DNA from: Mobula hypostoma
Lineage: Eukaryota
Direction of reading: 5' to 3'
Assembly: GCF_963921235.1 (NCBI RefSeq)
Contig: NC_086107.1
Coordinates: forward strand, 101,806,001-101,870,000
Length of the DNA stretch: 64,000 nucleotides
A model generated the notes under the pieces. The model was not told where the DNA came from and ran no database searches. It saw nothing but the letters and a program-made list of their open reading frames with translations. Shown one piece after another: positions 49,291-62,499 of the stretch; position 1 is the stretch's first letter, and every line of letters begins with the position of its first letter. The position numbers and the translations under genes are program-made.

Positions 49291-50534
49291 TAGTTAGACC
49301 ACACTTGGAGTACTGCGAGCAATTATGGGCCGCTTATTTAAGATAGGGTGTACTAGCATTGGAGAGGGTCCAGAGAAGATTCATAAGAATTATCCCAGGA
49401 ATTAAACAGTTAATGTAAGAGAGGCATTTAATAGTTCTGGACCTGTACTCACTGGAGTTTTGAAGAATGAGAGAGGATCTCATTGAAACCTATTGAGTAT
49501 TAAAAGGCCTTGATGAAGGAACATAGAGAGAATGTTACCTATAGTGGGAGAGTTTAGGACCAGAGGGCACGGCCTCAGAACAGAAGAATGCCCCTTTGGA
49601 ACAGCGATGAGGAGGAATTTCTTTAGTCAGAGGGGAGTGAATCTGTGGAATTCATTGCCACAGATGGCTGTGGAAGCAAAGTCATTGGGTATATTTAAAG
49701 CGAAGGTTGATAGTTTCTTAATTAGTAAGGGTGTCAAAGGTTATGAGGTGAAGACAGGAGAATGGGGTTGAGACAGATAATAAATCAGCCATGATTGAAT
49801 GGTGGAGCAGACTTGATGAGCCGCATTGCCTAATTCTGCTCCTATGTCTTATGGTCTAGTCTGGATAATGTGTTTGAGTCTCTGTAGTAAGGTTTTTCTT
49901 GTCCTACAGGCTCTGAGACTAGTGTGTTACCCACTGAACCACAACTAATACTTTATTAATACTAATAAAATTAATGTCTACTCAGTGATTTTAATCAACG
50001 TATATATTATTATGAAACCAAAATGGAGAATGCAATTCAGTTAGATTCGAATTAATGAAAAACATTTGAGGTCTGGAAAAAAAAAGCATTTGTCAGAACT
50101 GGAAAAGAGGAAAAGCAAGTTACTTTTGCATGACAGAGATAAGAGGGTGGCAGGGATGTGATTATAACAAAAGGTTTATCTCTGACAGGGTGAGACCAGA
50201 TTACCAAATGTGGTAGTGAAGTAGCATATGAAGTTCCTTTATTTTATAATCTGTCACTAATGATAAATTTTGAAGCATGCACAACAGACCAGAATATACA
50301 AAGAAAAGAAAGAAAAAACTGAGCTAAAGTAATGGTAGACACAAATGGTCAGTTTTGATACATTAATCTGATTTCCCTTTCAACCTTACACTGACATCAA
50401 TTGACCGGTTACCACTCTATATCCTTACACAAAAGTTATATTTCACATTAAAAAAAATGAAATGAGCACAATTTCAAAGTGGCCTTAAAGTTACGTAGAT
50501 TACTGCCTCCATCTCCTGTCAAGGGAACAAGCAT

Positions 50535-50690
50535 AACGGGTCAATAGTGAGAGAGTCCAGGACCAGAGGGCACAATCTCAGAACAGAAGAATGTCCCTTT
50601 GGAACAGAGACGAGGAGGAATTCACCAGAAGGGTGGTGATTCTGTGGAATTCGTTGCCGCAGATGGCTATGGAAGCAAAGACTGAGTTCA
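50535..50690 (+). mobile_element. CR1 C-terminal fragment
   Basis: Close match to 49540-49685 (ESRTRGHNLRTE...LWNSLPQMA). Confidence 0.75.
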
Positions 50691-50939
50691 CTAACAACCT
50701 TCAAGGAAACAAATCAAGATTGTCATTTAGAAGGTTCACGTCCCTGAGGGAAGTAGCCGGTTGGTTATTTTATCACACTTTTATCCAGGAAAATGAATTA
50801 TTATACAGTTAATGATGCTGTCTCTGGGAGTTACTTTGAAAAGTCATTTACCCAAAGCTTTTAACTTCATTTCTCTCTCAACAGATATTGATATTTCTAG
50901 CAACTTCTGTTGTTATTTTAGACTCAAGTATTTGCTTTA

Positions 50940-51030
50940 TGAATTTGTTTTAGTAATGTTGGTTGATGGGAATAATACTTGTTTGGGACACTGGGGAAAT
51001 TCTCCTATCATTTGTAGTATGTTGGGATCA
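50940..51030 (-). mobile_element. Deu-domain SINE remnant
   Basis: TTTTAGTAATGTTGGTTGATGGGAATAAT...GGACACTGGGGAAATTC is antisense-similar to 2490-2545. Confidence 0.45.
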
Positions 51031-51179
51031 GTTTGAACAGTTCCTATATTGCAATACAAGTATTGCAATACAATCACTTCTCCAGAGCAAGGGTTTGGCC
51101 CTCAACCTTTTAAGCAGAATGCAGCTCCTGAGTCAGCGGTTTGCTGAACAAAACAAGAAAGCTACAAGATCTCAGCCAG

Positions 51180-51590
51180 TCAATCAGCATCTATAGAGAC
51201 AAAAGATACAAGTCAATGTTTCAGGTCAACAGTGCATCTGGACTTTGAGAGAAGGTAAAAGGTTGCCAATAATGTAGTAGTACTAGGGAGAGGGAAGGGC
51301 AAGAGTAGTGAGATGGAGACAGGTATGTGATAAGTGGAGCCAGATGGAGAGACAATAGTAAAAGATGGGTGGAGGGGGAACAGAAAAGGTGAAGAAAGCT
51401 AGGTGGACAGGTGAATTTGTTTGGCAGAGGGTTTGGTTTACCTGAAAATGGAAAATTAATTGTTCAATTGAGTTGTCAACTATCTAAGGGAATATGAGAA
51501 GTTGTTCTTCCAATATGTGTTTGCCCTCTCTGCTTCCCACTCCCACAGTGACTTGTCTGCCTTTGGCCTTCTCTGTTGCTGCAGAGTTAA
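51180..51590 (-). mobile_element. Penelope-like terminal remnant
   Basis: GCATCTATAGAG...GTCAATGTTTCAGGTC, a purine-rich tract, and antisense of an EEQ.LIF.L-type C-terminus. Similar to 57900-58690. Confidence 0.5.
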
Positions 51591-52619
51591 ATGACAAACA
51601 GCCAGAAGCTTGAGATGGCCATGTGGTTATCTAGTCTATGATTATTTCACAGCTGCATTGTGTTCTGAAGGAACAGAAGACTACCTCATACATTGATCCT
51701 TCATTTTTATCCTTTGAATTCCCAGTACTCTCTGTAATCATTAATTCCCATTATGGTGTAGAATTACCAATGCTGGAATGTTGCTGGCTTGCATTAAAGC
51801 AAATCTGAAAGTGTACATAACTCTAAGCTGGTATTCTTTTCACCATCTGAATGAGAAATTAAGACTGCAAGAGATTAAGCACAAAGTAATAACGAATAGT
51901 AGTCTAAGGCTTGGACTGATAATCAAAGTGAGGTGAGTCAAATTGTAATATAACCGTTGAAAAATTTAAAATAATCCTTTTCAAGAAAATACAAATCCAG
52001 TGTAATAAATAACTGTGAAGTTACAGAATTCACTTAGATTCCTCTAGGAAACAAGCTATTCTTACCAAGTCTGATCTACTTGTTATACTCCAGTATTCAT
52101 GATTCTTACTGTTTAATAGGTGCTTGGTTAATATCTGCATTTATACATTCTACCACTACCAGGAGGACTGAGTACAACTCTTCATGCAATTTTGGATCGT
52201 TTTCTGGTTTTAATTCCAAGCATGAGCTGTCAAGTGACTTCTTACCTCTTGTTATAGTCTGTTATCAGTAAAGCAATTTGATCCTTAATAGCAGAGGTTG
52301 TCCCCATCCCCCACCCACTCTCAGTTCAGTTCCTAGTTATGTCTTAGTAATAACTTTAATAACATATCCTCTACATAGAAATGCAGCTCAGTCTGTTTCT
52401 TGTTCCCTTGTTAAGAACGCTTATGTGTTTTGATTCTGAATCCTGCTCTCATCATTTTTATTTTAAACTTCTGGTTTAAGTACTTTATATCTTTTAGTTT
52501 TTCACATCCAATACACATTGAAAAATTCTCACCAATGTTCTGTTTGCTTCTTTGTTTTTTTTTTATTCGCTTATGGTTTCCCTGAGCTCTTCCTTCACTC
52601 ATTTACCAAAGTCCCCAAA

Positions 52620-53153
52620 GTCAATAGACAATAGGTGCAGGATTAGGCCATTCGGCCCTTCGAGCCAGCACCGCCATTCACTGTGATCATGCTTGATCAT
52701 CCACAATCAGTATCCAGTTCCTGCCTTATCCCCATAACCTTTGATTCCGCTATCTTTAAGAGCTCTATCCTTCTCTTTTTTGAAAGCATCCAGAGACTTG
52801 GCCTCCACAGCCTTCTGGGGCAGAGCATTCCATACATCCACCACTCTCTGGGTGAAAAAGTTTTTGCTCAACTCTGTTCTAAATGGCCTGCCCCTAATTC
52901 TTAAACTGTGGTCTCTGGTTCTGGACTCACCCATCAGCGGGGGGAATATGCTTTCTGCCTCCAGCATGTCCAATCCCTTAATAATCTTATATGTTTCAAT
53001 AAGATCCCTTCTCAGCCTTCTAAATTCCAGAGTATTCAAGCCCAGTCGCTCCAATCTTTCGACATATGACAGTCCCGCCATTTCGGGAATTAACCTTGTA
53101 AACCTTCGCTGCACTCCCTCAATAGCAAGAATGTCCCTTCTCAAATTTGGAGA
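52620..53153 (-). mobile_element. Relatively young CR1 3' end
   Basis: Uninterrupted 145-aa C-terminus (52707-53144), retained CpGs and a CAATAG-repeat tail. Confidence 0.92.
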
Positions 53154-54339
53154 CTTTATTAATTAATTTCACAAGAATGTCTGTCTAAGACCAGTTCAGG
53201 TAGACTCTGTGTCATCGCTACAGTTCTATTACTGATCCCAGTGTCCTATTAAATGTTGACATCCATGCAAATTCCATGACATTTTGGCCAGAAAAGAATA
53301 TTTTCTCCAAAATGTCCAATGGAAATTTTATGGAAATATCAAAGCAAAAATGAGCTTTGTCTGAAAGCTTGGGGATTTTATATTATGGTTATGTTGTGAA
53401 AACTAGTGGTAATTAGATAGGTGTGGCTCAATAAAGCAGCTGATACTCTGTACTTGGCTCAGAGCTGATTGCATTTCTCTTCCCTAGGAAACACCACAAT
53501 TGTGTCAGCAACATAGTTGACACTTAAGGAAGTTCACAATGGTTGTTGTATAATGATTCTGTCACATGATTGTTGCCAGTGGCGACCAAAATGACAGGAG
53601 ATGCTAAAGAATGCTAAAGAAGGAACTGTAAAGGTGCCAAACTAGGGTTTGTAAGTGGAATGAGCTTTCACCCATTCAGTCTGTACAATAGTTCCCAAGT
53701 GATAAGGGCTGGAAACGAATAATAATTATAACAGGGTAAAAAGGATAAAATCTTTCTGATGCCATTATTCAACCATCTCAATGAAAAATGTGGGAGGTAT
53801 GTAAAATCAGCTGAATTGATATTTTTCACTCTGTGATCACCCAAAATCACTCATCTAAGTTTTTGCAGTAATCTGATAGCTACCACAATTTTGAAATCTA
53901 TGCTTTGATTCAATGGGAATTGATCCAGGAGTATCAGTGGCCCAAGAACTATAGGATGAGAACTACTGCTAAGCATTAATTGTGTGAGAAATGAGAAGCA
54001 CCTTCATAACCAAGTGCAGTGTGCCAGATATGACAGTAGCAGGAATTACTCATTCTAGCCTTTGTGTTTTCCTATTCAGTTAGATCATCTGCCTACCACT
54101 GTTCCCATCTCAATCATTGCAATGTTGCTTTCATAGTCCTTAACACATTAACTTATTATACTTCACTGAAATTTGATACAGGAAGGGGTTTCAGAATATC
54201 CCCATGCAAAATAGTGCCACAATCTCAAAGATGCATGTGATTGAAAAAGATAAGGCAAAAGCATTTGTACACACCTAAAGATGTGGCCATCTCCTCAGAT
54301 CTTCGCCATTACTGAACCCAGACTAACCACTTTATCCAT

Positions 54340-55330
54340 TCCATGTATCATCAAGAAACTGAGAAATAGTTATTAGCCTTGACAACATGTTGACTGTGGT
54401 ATCAAAGACATGGCGTGGAAATACCTATGCAGAAGGCATATTGATCCATTATAGCTACAACTCTGGCACTTACAGTATATGACTATATGAAAAATGATTC
54501 AGATATGTCCTGCCTATATATAGTAAGACAAATCCAAAACAACAAAATTCTATTAAGTTGTAAGCCCAATAATGATAGATGTTATCAACAATACTGATAA
54601 AGGGTCTCTTATTAACTGATAATTTCCCTATGATTGCTTAGTTTGGCTTTGCCACTCTGCTGTGGTCTTCATTAGAGACTAAGTTCAGAAGTGTATCTGA
54701 ACTCTAGAGATCTGATGAAGTCAGGTCAGCATTTGACCAAGTATATCAATGCTAGTGAAATTGTTGTTAGGAATTGTGAAGTGGAAATTGGGAGTACCAG
54801 ATCTGATTGCAGTCAAATTAAACACAAAGAAAGGGGAGTCCAGTCACTGTGGTCCCAGCACACTTCTGCAGGAGTTCCTTGGGAAAGTGTGCTACACCCA
54901 ACCAGTTCCAGGTGCGTCAGCATTAACTTTCATTGACCGTAAATTCATATGCTTGTTCAACAATATGTACCGTTTACTTCCATGCAGGGTATTTACAATA
55001 ATGAAGCAAACCATATTTACACTCAGTTTTTTGTTCACAAATCACATAAATAGAAGGCAATGGCCATTGTCACAAAGTGAGAGTGAGGGCCTAGGACCCT
55101 TCCTTAGATTTTAACAGCAATACTATTACCGGTTCCCCTCTCCATCAATTCTGGCCAGAAACCTAACAGATCAGCCACAAAGATACTGTCTCTGCATGAC
55201 CAGGTAAGAAGCTGACTCCTCTATGATGAGTGCCTCACCACTTAACAAATTACTGCTTTTCTGTCATGTACAGTACATGAATGTGATGGAATTCTTCACC
55301 TGAATGCCTGCAACTCCAGTATACAAACTG
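54340..55330 (+). mobile_element. Very old CR1-like LINE remnant
   Basis: Residual HYSYNSG, KMIQICP and DKSK motifs, and TSAGVPWESVLHPT (degenerate GVPQGSVLGP). Confidence 0.5.
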
Positions 55331-55699
55331 TACATTGTCGTGGACAAAACAATCTTCTTGATCAGCATATCATTGCCATATTCAGAATCAGAATTAATAA
55401 TTGTCAACCTGTCTAGTGATGCACACATTCCAGGAAATAATAAAAGGAATTTCAATTTTCAATAAACCACAATTCTCAACAGCTTTCTGCAGAAGGAGTT
55501 TCAGATTCCCAGTATCATCTTTGAAGAAATGTATACAAATATATCGCCATGCCAGCTCAAACAACATTGCCTACAGGATATCGTATCCATTCCAGCTCCT
55601 AGGAAAGCAATCCCATTAATTCCATTTGCATCTTATTTTCCTGAACTCCAACTTATTTTCTGTCATACATGCCCATAAACTTCCCTTTGAATCTATTGG

Positions 55700-55890
55700 C
55701 TATTAACCTATGTTAAAGGACAATTTACAATAGAAAATTGTCCACCAGTACATATTTAGAATGTGGAAGGGAACCAAAGCATCTGAGGAAAGTTATCCAG
55801 TCACAGTGAGATTTGCAAATTCCACACAGAAATCGGGTTTGGACTTGGGTCCATGGAGCTATGAGGTAGCAGTAGTTACTGCTGCAATCA
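55700..55890 (-). mobile_element. V-SINE remnant
   Basis: AATGTGGAAGGGAACCAAAGCATCTGAGGAAA...CAAATTCCACACAGA is antisense to the V domain seen at 58190-58260. Confidence 0.65.
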
Positions 55891-55969
55891 CATACTAAAG
55901 GTCAGTAAATTAACAATGCAAGCAGGTAAGTGGATATAATATTATTACATATTTCAGAAGTATGGCTGC

Positions 55970-57180
55970 AAAGTTCAAGTTCAGTTTATTGGCATTCAAC
56001 CATACTCATGTATACCGCCGAATGAACAGCGTTCCTCCGGATCAAGATGCACACACAAAGAAATATAGCTGTAAATAAATTAATAAATAATAAGATGCAT
56101 TTATGAAACAAAAAGTAAACAGTATAATGCTATTAGCTCTTCACACGTGAACTGGGGTGATGGCAAGCAGTTCAGTAGTTTTACATCCTGGGGGAAGAAG
56201 CTGGTTCCCATCTTAACAGTTTTCGCCCTATGGTACCTCCTGATGGTAAAGTGGGGTGGGTGGTCAAAGAGATCGTTGGACAGATGGGAGGGATCATTGA
56301 CAATGTTAAGAGCCCTGTGTATGTAGTGCTTCTGATAAGTATCCCTGATGGGTGGAAGGGAGACTCGATAACCCTCTCAGCAGTCCTCGCAATCCTTTGT
56401 AGGGACTTGCGGTCAGATCTCTTGGAATTTCTGTACCAGATGGTGATGAAGCTATTCAGGACACTCTCGATGGTGCGCCTGTAAGAATTGGTTAGGGGGC
56501 GAAAGGTGCCTCAACTTCCTCAGGAAGTAGAGGCACTGTTGTGCTTTCTTGACCAAAGAGGTAGTGTTGGGGGACCATCTAAATTGGACTATAATGTACA
56601 ATCCCAGAAACTTAATGCTCCAAACTTTCCCCATAAAGGAATCATGTATGTTCAGTGAGGAGTGGTCAGCTTGTACCTTTCTAAAGTCCACAATAATCTC
56701 TTGTCTACATTGAGACTCAAGTTGTTGTGCTTGCACCGTTCTACCAGGTGCTCTACATCTTCTCTGCATACTGTCTCGCTGTCATTGTTGATGAAGCTAA
56801 CTACTGTCGTGTAATCAGTGAACTTGATGATTCACTTTGAACTGGATCTAGCAGTAAACCATAAAAACAAGAAAGTTTAAAACGTCGGACAACTCAGATA
56901 GCATCTATAGAAGTTAATAAACAGTCAACATTTCAGGCTGGCCCTGAAGAAGGGTCTCGGCTTGAAACATCAACTATTTGTTCATTTCCACAGATGGTGC
57001 CTGATCTACTGAGTTCCTCCAGCATTTTGTATGGATCTAGCAGTGCAGTCATGTGTCAGCAGTGTCCTGAGCACACAGTCCTGAGGAGTGCTGGTACTCA
57101 GCGTGATGGAGCTAGGGGTGTTTCTGCTGAAAGGGACTAACTGTGGTCTTTCTATCAAGACGACCAGGATCCAGTTACAA
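55970..57180 (-). mobile_element. Rex1 3' half
   Basis: HDCTARSSS..IIKF.D.TTVV, QEIIVDFRK, KKAQQCLYFLRKLR; AAGTTC-repeat tail at 55970. Confidence 0.82.
56856..57031 (+). mobile_element. Palindromic Penelope-derived short element with a hammerhead core, 13-bp TSD
   Basis: TGGATCTAGCAGT at 56843-56855 and 57032-57044. Imperfect inverted arms. CTGAAGA (56944-56950), then AGGGTCTCGGCTT, then GAAAC (56964-56968). Confidence 0.7.
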
Positions 57181-57879
57181 GGGGACTAAGGCTAGAACCT
57201 AAATATCTAGGATATTTGGTATTTAGGAAGGGCATACAAAAAGGTAAAGATGATGGTGTGATATTATTAATAAATGATTGAAGTCTATGCAATAGTGCAA
57301 AAGTGTATTTGTTCAGAAAATAAGACATTGATTCAATACAGATGAATCCCTGAAATACCAAGGAGTTGAAGACATTGGTGGAAGTTGCTTCTGAGCCTCC
57401 AAACAAGCATGGTGATGCAGAAGGCATCAAACAGAAATGAAAAGATGTACATGGCAAGGTACTAAAGTTAACATCGATATCATTAATCTACACACAGACT
57501 GATCAAACCAAAGTAGTAATACCATGGAGAAAGAATTCCAGCAGTATGGATTGGCTGGCATTTTTAGACCAGTTATGTTGAGCAGCCAAGTAGGATACAA
57601 CTGATGGTGTGCAATAAGAGAGTGTTGTTTTATGTTTTAGTAGTGCAGTATTCATTATGGAAGAGTGATTATTACATGATAGAACTCTTCACTCAGATGA
57701 AAAGTTAAGTAGTTTTGAAACTCCTGAAGCTGGGCAAAGGAAACAGAATTATGAAGAGTGTGTTGGCTACGGGAGATTGGGGACCATCATTAAAAAGCAT
57801 AATAGTAGACTGCCAATGGCTAACATTTAGGGGCAAATCAAGGAACTACAACAATATATGTTCCTAAAAAGAAAAAAAA

Positions 57880-58690
57880 TGTTAGAAGTCTGAAATTAAA
57901 ACACAAAATTCAGGAAACAGTCAGCAATACAGTCAACATCTGTGGTAAGAGAAACAGTTCTTAGATTTCAGACTGAAGACCCTTTATCAGAACTGGAAAA
58001 GAGAAGAATAAGTTTTAAATTCAGAGTAGGAAGGGTATGGGATGAATAAGACAAAGGGAGTATCTGTGATACGTTGAGACCTGAGTTGCTGTGGGACAGA
58101 TTTGCTAAAGGGGCTGTTGGAGGGTAACACAGTAGCCTAGTGGTTAGCTCAATAATTTACAGTCCCAGTTACTCTGGTTCAATTCTGTAAGGAGTTTGTA
58201 CTTACTCCCCATGACTGTGTGGGTTTCCTCCGGGTGCTCCTGTTTCCTCCCACAGTATAAAGACATACTGGTTGGTATGTTAATTTGTCATTGTAAATTG
58301 TTCCTTGATTTGACTAGGGTTAAATTGGGGGTTGCTGTGTGGCACGGCTCAAAGTGCTGGAATGGGCTGCTCCATGCTGTATCTCGTAAATCAATCAATA
58401 ATTAAATAAATAAATTGATGGTTCGTGTGATATGTTGCAAATAATAGGTCAGGGTGTGCTAATGAGAGTGAAAAAGTCTTGAGGCAATATTGCAAACAGA
58501 TAACTTATAAAAGAAAGGGCCATTGCTGATAAAGATGGAGAAAGTGAATTATTGGAAGTTGGTGAATTCAGTATTGAGACTAGAAGGCTACAACATGCCT
58601 AGATAAAAGATGAGGTACTGTTCCCCAAACTTGTATTGGGCTTCATTATAACAGTGCAGAAAGCCAGGGACAGATGGGTCACAGCACCCA
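57880..58690 (-). mobile_element. Penelope-like element 3' remnant
   Basis: Antisense of EAQYKFGEQYLIFYLGML*PSSLNTEFTNF (58555-58680). Mutated hammerhead core CTGATAA...GAAA on the minus strand at 57965-57990. Confidence 0.65.
58120..58415 (+). mobile_element. V-SINE (HE1-like), near full length
   Basis: A box TAGCCTAGTGG, B box GGTTCAATTC, V domain GTGGGTTTCCTCCGGGTGCTCCTGTTTCCTCCCACAG, CR1-like 3' end and (AAAT)n tail. Confidence 0.85.
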
Positions 58691-60099
58691 GTCCAGGATA
58701 ACTTTTGCCCTAAGTGGCTCCTCAATACATTGGTCCCTTGCAGTATTATTTCTGATTTATTTTGGTCAGCCTACACACAGATTATATTAACCGTGATATT
58801 CATAGTACCTCAATACATGCATTATTAATTTCCTGTATGGTGCAGACTGCTACATTAAAGCAAGTGAACCAACATATCTAACAAAAGAATAGTATTATCC
58901 AACAAACAGTGATAACATTGCCATACCAAAGTAGCAAATCTGAGAATTGGGAGTGGTTTAGGTTTCAGTAAAAAAGGACAAATAAATTAATTTAGGAAGC
59001 ATATAGAATATGAGAGGAAACTTGCATTAAAATGAATTGTAAAAGTTTATATAGAAATGGGAAAAAAAGGAAAAGGTTGCTGTGCAGAATAGTCAGAAAT
59101 AGGAGACTTCATAATGGGAAACAGGATAATGGCAGAGCAAATGGATTCTTTGGTTTAATCTTTACAGAGAAGGATGCAAGTAAATTTCCAGAAATGTTAG
59201 TGCTGAAAGAATGCAATAAAAGTAAGGAACTTAATACTAGTAAGAAAATAGTCCTGAAGAAATTAATGGCACTGAAAGGCAATAAATCCTCAGGGTTATC
59301 GTTGCAACCCAGACTATTACAGGAAGAAGCTACAATTGTGTAAATCATGAATGAACAGGTTATCGTTATGGAATAGTTCCTTCAGATTGGAAGATAGCAA
59401 GTGTAACTATTTTAAAAAGGGAGAAAAGGAAAACAGAAAGCTACCAACTGGTTAACCTAGCATCAGTAGGTATTTAAATATTAGAGCCCATTATAAAGGA
59501 TGAGATAATATGACACTTGAAAATATAAATGGGATTAAACAAATTTGTTGTGCTTTTCTAAAAGGGAAATCACATTTGACAAATAAACTCGAAATTTTTG
59601 AGGATGTAATTGGTGTAATAGATAAAGGAAAACCAGAGGACATGATGTACTTGGAATTTCAGAAAGCCTTTGATAAAATCCATGGAACAAATTAGTGTGT
59701 AAAGTTAAAACACATGATATTGAGGATGATGTATTGGTTTACAGACTGGAAAGAGAGTGGCAATAAATGAGAGCAGAAATCTTTTCAGATGCGCAGTTGA
59801 TAACTAGTGGGATTCTGCATGGATCAGTGTTTGGGACACAGCTATTCATGATATATTTCATTGATTTAGATAGGGGAACAGATTGCAGTTTTCACAGTCT
59901 GCCAGTGACTCCAAACAGAGTGGGATTGTAAGAGGTGAGGAGCATGCAAAGAGACTTCAAGATGACAGACAGATTGACCAAGTAGATAAATACATAACAG
60001 TTGCAGTATAAAGTGAAGAAATGTGAATTTATCTGCTTCAGTAAAGAAAAATAGAAAGGCAGCTTGTTATTTAAATTATGTTAGAATGGAATGCGTTGA

Positions 60100-61040
60100 T
60101 AGACAAAATCTAGTTGAGTGGTGCCACAACAGCAACCTCTCACTCAATATCAGCAAGACCAAGGAACCAAGGAGCTGATTATTTACTTCAGGAGGAGGAA
60201 ACCAGAGGTCCATGAGCCAGTCATCATCCAGTGGGGGGGGGGGGGGGGTTGGGAATCAAACATTGAAATGATACCACTAAGAAATTTAGAGTTGCTGACC
60301 CTCTTTCTGAGGGCCTGTCCAGAGCCTAGTATATGTGCAATTATGAAGAAAGCACAGCAGTGTCTCTACTTAAAAGTTTGCAAAGATCTGGCATAACATC
60401 CAGTACTTAGAGAAACTTCTAAAGATGTGTGGTGGGGAGTATATTGACTGGTTTCATCATAGTCTGCTATGGAAACACCAGTGCCCTTGAATGGAAAATT
60501 CTATTAAAAAATGTATTTAATACTGCCCAGGTCCATCACGGGTAAAGCCCTCCCCTCCATTGAGCACATCTGCACGGGGCACTGTTGCAAGAAAGCAGCA
60601 TCAATCATCAAGGGCCTTCACCACCCAAGTCATGCTCTCGTCTCGCAGCTGCCATCAGGAAGAAGGTACGTGAGCCTCAGGACTCACATTACCAGATTCA
60701 GGAACAGTTATTAACCATCAGACTCTTGAACCAGTGGGGATAACTTCATTCAAATTCATTCGTCCGGTAACTGAACTGTTCCCAGAAACTATAGGCTCAC
60801 TTTCAAAGACTCTTCATCTCATGTTCTTGATATTTATTGCTTATTTTTCCTCTCTTTTGTATTTGCTCAATTTGTTGTCTTTTGCACATTGGTTGTTTGT
60901 CCACCCTGTTAGGTGTGGTCTTTCATTGATTCTATTATGGTTCTTGGATTTACTGAGTATGCTTGCAAGAAAACAAATCTCAGGGTTGTATATGTGACAT
61001 ATGTATACTTTGGTAACAAATTTATGTTGAACTTTGAAAT
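60100..61040 (+). mobile_element. Rex1 3' fragment, related to 42620-45393
   Basis: TKELIIYFRRRKPEVHEPV, KKAQQCLY, LPSGRRYVSLRTH..RFRNSY; TTGAACTTTGAA tail. Confidence 0.85.
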
Positions 61041-62499
61041 TTGACAAAGAAATCCAGATGTTTTTAAGTAACATTAACCTGAAAATGAACATAAAAGTAC
61101 AAGTAATTATAAAATGATGAATGATATGGTGGCCTTCATAGTAAGCAGATTTGAGAACAGGAGCAAAGATATCTTGCTGTAGTTATAGGCAGCTTTTGTA
61201 ATACATGCTTTGAGTATTGTATGAAGCTTTGATCCCCCTCTAAGAAAAAAAATACATTTTTCACAGAAAGAGTAGAACAGTGGTTCACCAGACTGATTCC
61301 TGAGATGACAACACTGCCAAGTGAGGAGAGATGAGGCAAATGTGGTTTGGAATCACTGTTTAGAAGCAATGGTGGGGGGGGGGGCAAAGGAATTTAAATG
61401 AAACTTAGAACATTCTGATTGGATGAGCCAGACTAGATTCAGGGAGGATATTTTACCTAGCTGGGATGTTTTATAAGATGTCAGAGTCTGACTCTTTAGA
61501 ATTTGCTGCCACAGGAGGCTGCAGATGTCAAGTCATCAAATATAATTAAAAGGAGAGAGGTAAATTTTTAATGTAAAAGGCATCAAGGGTTACAGGGAAA
61601 TGGAACTGAGAAAGACATTGATTGAAAAAAAAATGGAGGAGCAGGTGAGGGGGTTAATGGCCTCTTATGTTCAATGTTTCTAATTCAAACTTTAGGGTTA
61701 TGATGCATTATTGAATATTGTGGACTTGCTGGGGACTCAGTGTGACCTAAAACTAACAAGTTGCTAGCCTCTATTGTCTCTAGAAGCTTTATGTTGCATC
61801 CTGAGCCACCACTGGCCATAGTTTATGCGGTGGTCCATAATCCTGCTGTGGACGTGCATTGCTTCATCTCAATTTGGAGGAGAATAGTGCAAGAGAAATT
61901 TTTAGGACTAATCTAGTTGGAACAATTTTGAAGGGCAATGGACAAACCTCTAGTGGTGGGATGTGGACAGATTCTGCAGATGATTCAGCATTTTATAAAG
62001 GTAGAAGTACAATATCATGGAGAATACAGTTATTATACTGCTACTCCTTAAAGCTATGAAGTATACTTATGTTTAATGAGCACAGAAAGTTTTCCCTGTG
62101 TTTTCTTGCTCAAATTGGAAATCAGTCCTTTTACCCTCTATCATGGTTACTTGAAAACAAACCCAAACTGATGAGAGACTAAGCCAAGGTTCTCTACACT
62201 GTATGACACACTTCCAAATTATGAATTCCCAAATGGAAATATGCACATTTGATCCTTTATTACAAAACCACCAAAGACGAGCGATCTTGTAGTGATCCTT
62301 TTTCAAAAAAACAAAAAGTAAATTAGCATTTTAATGGTTTAAATTGCAGTCTAATAGCAATATTAGAAATAGTGTAACTAACCATTATAATAGTGTTCCA
62401 ATTAGTGATCTAGTTAGTGAAATCATGAAGTTAGTGTAACTAATTAGCGTATTTAAGCAAAGTTGGCGATTGCGTCCCAATTAGAGGTTAAGTTTAAAA

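Larger units (their letters stand above)
47060..49860 (+). mobile_element. CR1 pieces (endonuclease 47060-47220 and 3' end 49290-49860) flanking an L2 fragment
   Basis: ACKKGNVTVVMGEF at about 47100. ORF 49532-49771 RTRGH...RRNFFSQRGVNLWNSLP; tail CCTATGTCTTATGGTC. Confidence 0.8.
57200..61680 (+). mobile_element. Old CR1 ORF2, heavily decayed, hosting Penelope, V-SINE and Rex1 insertions
   Basis: Collinear remnants: LKGNKSSG, FLKGKSHLTNKLE, MYLEFQKAFDK, FTRLIPE, and a 3' tail near 61670. Confidence 0.72.

Noticed and set aside
52707..53144. Intact 145-aa ORF as a possible domesticated gene
   Set aside because: It is the C-terminus of a young 5'-truncated CR1 followed by its normal tail.
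62073..62330. Minus-strand acceptor-like site followed by DHYKIARLWWFCNK...
   Set aside because: Trp/Cys-rich composition looks non-coding, the donor is weak, and I recognise no homology.
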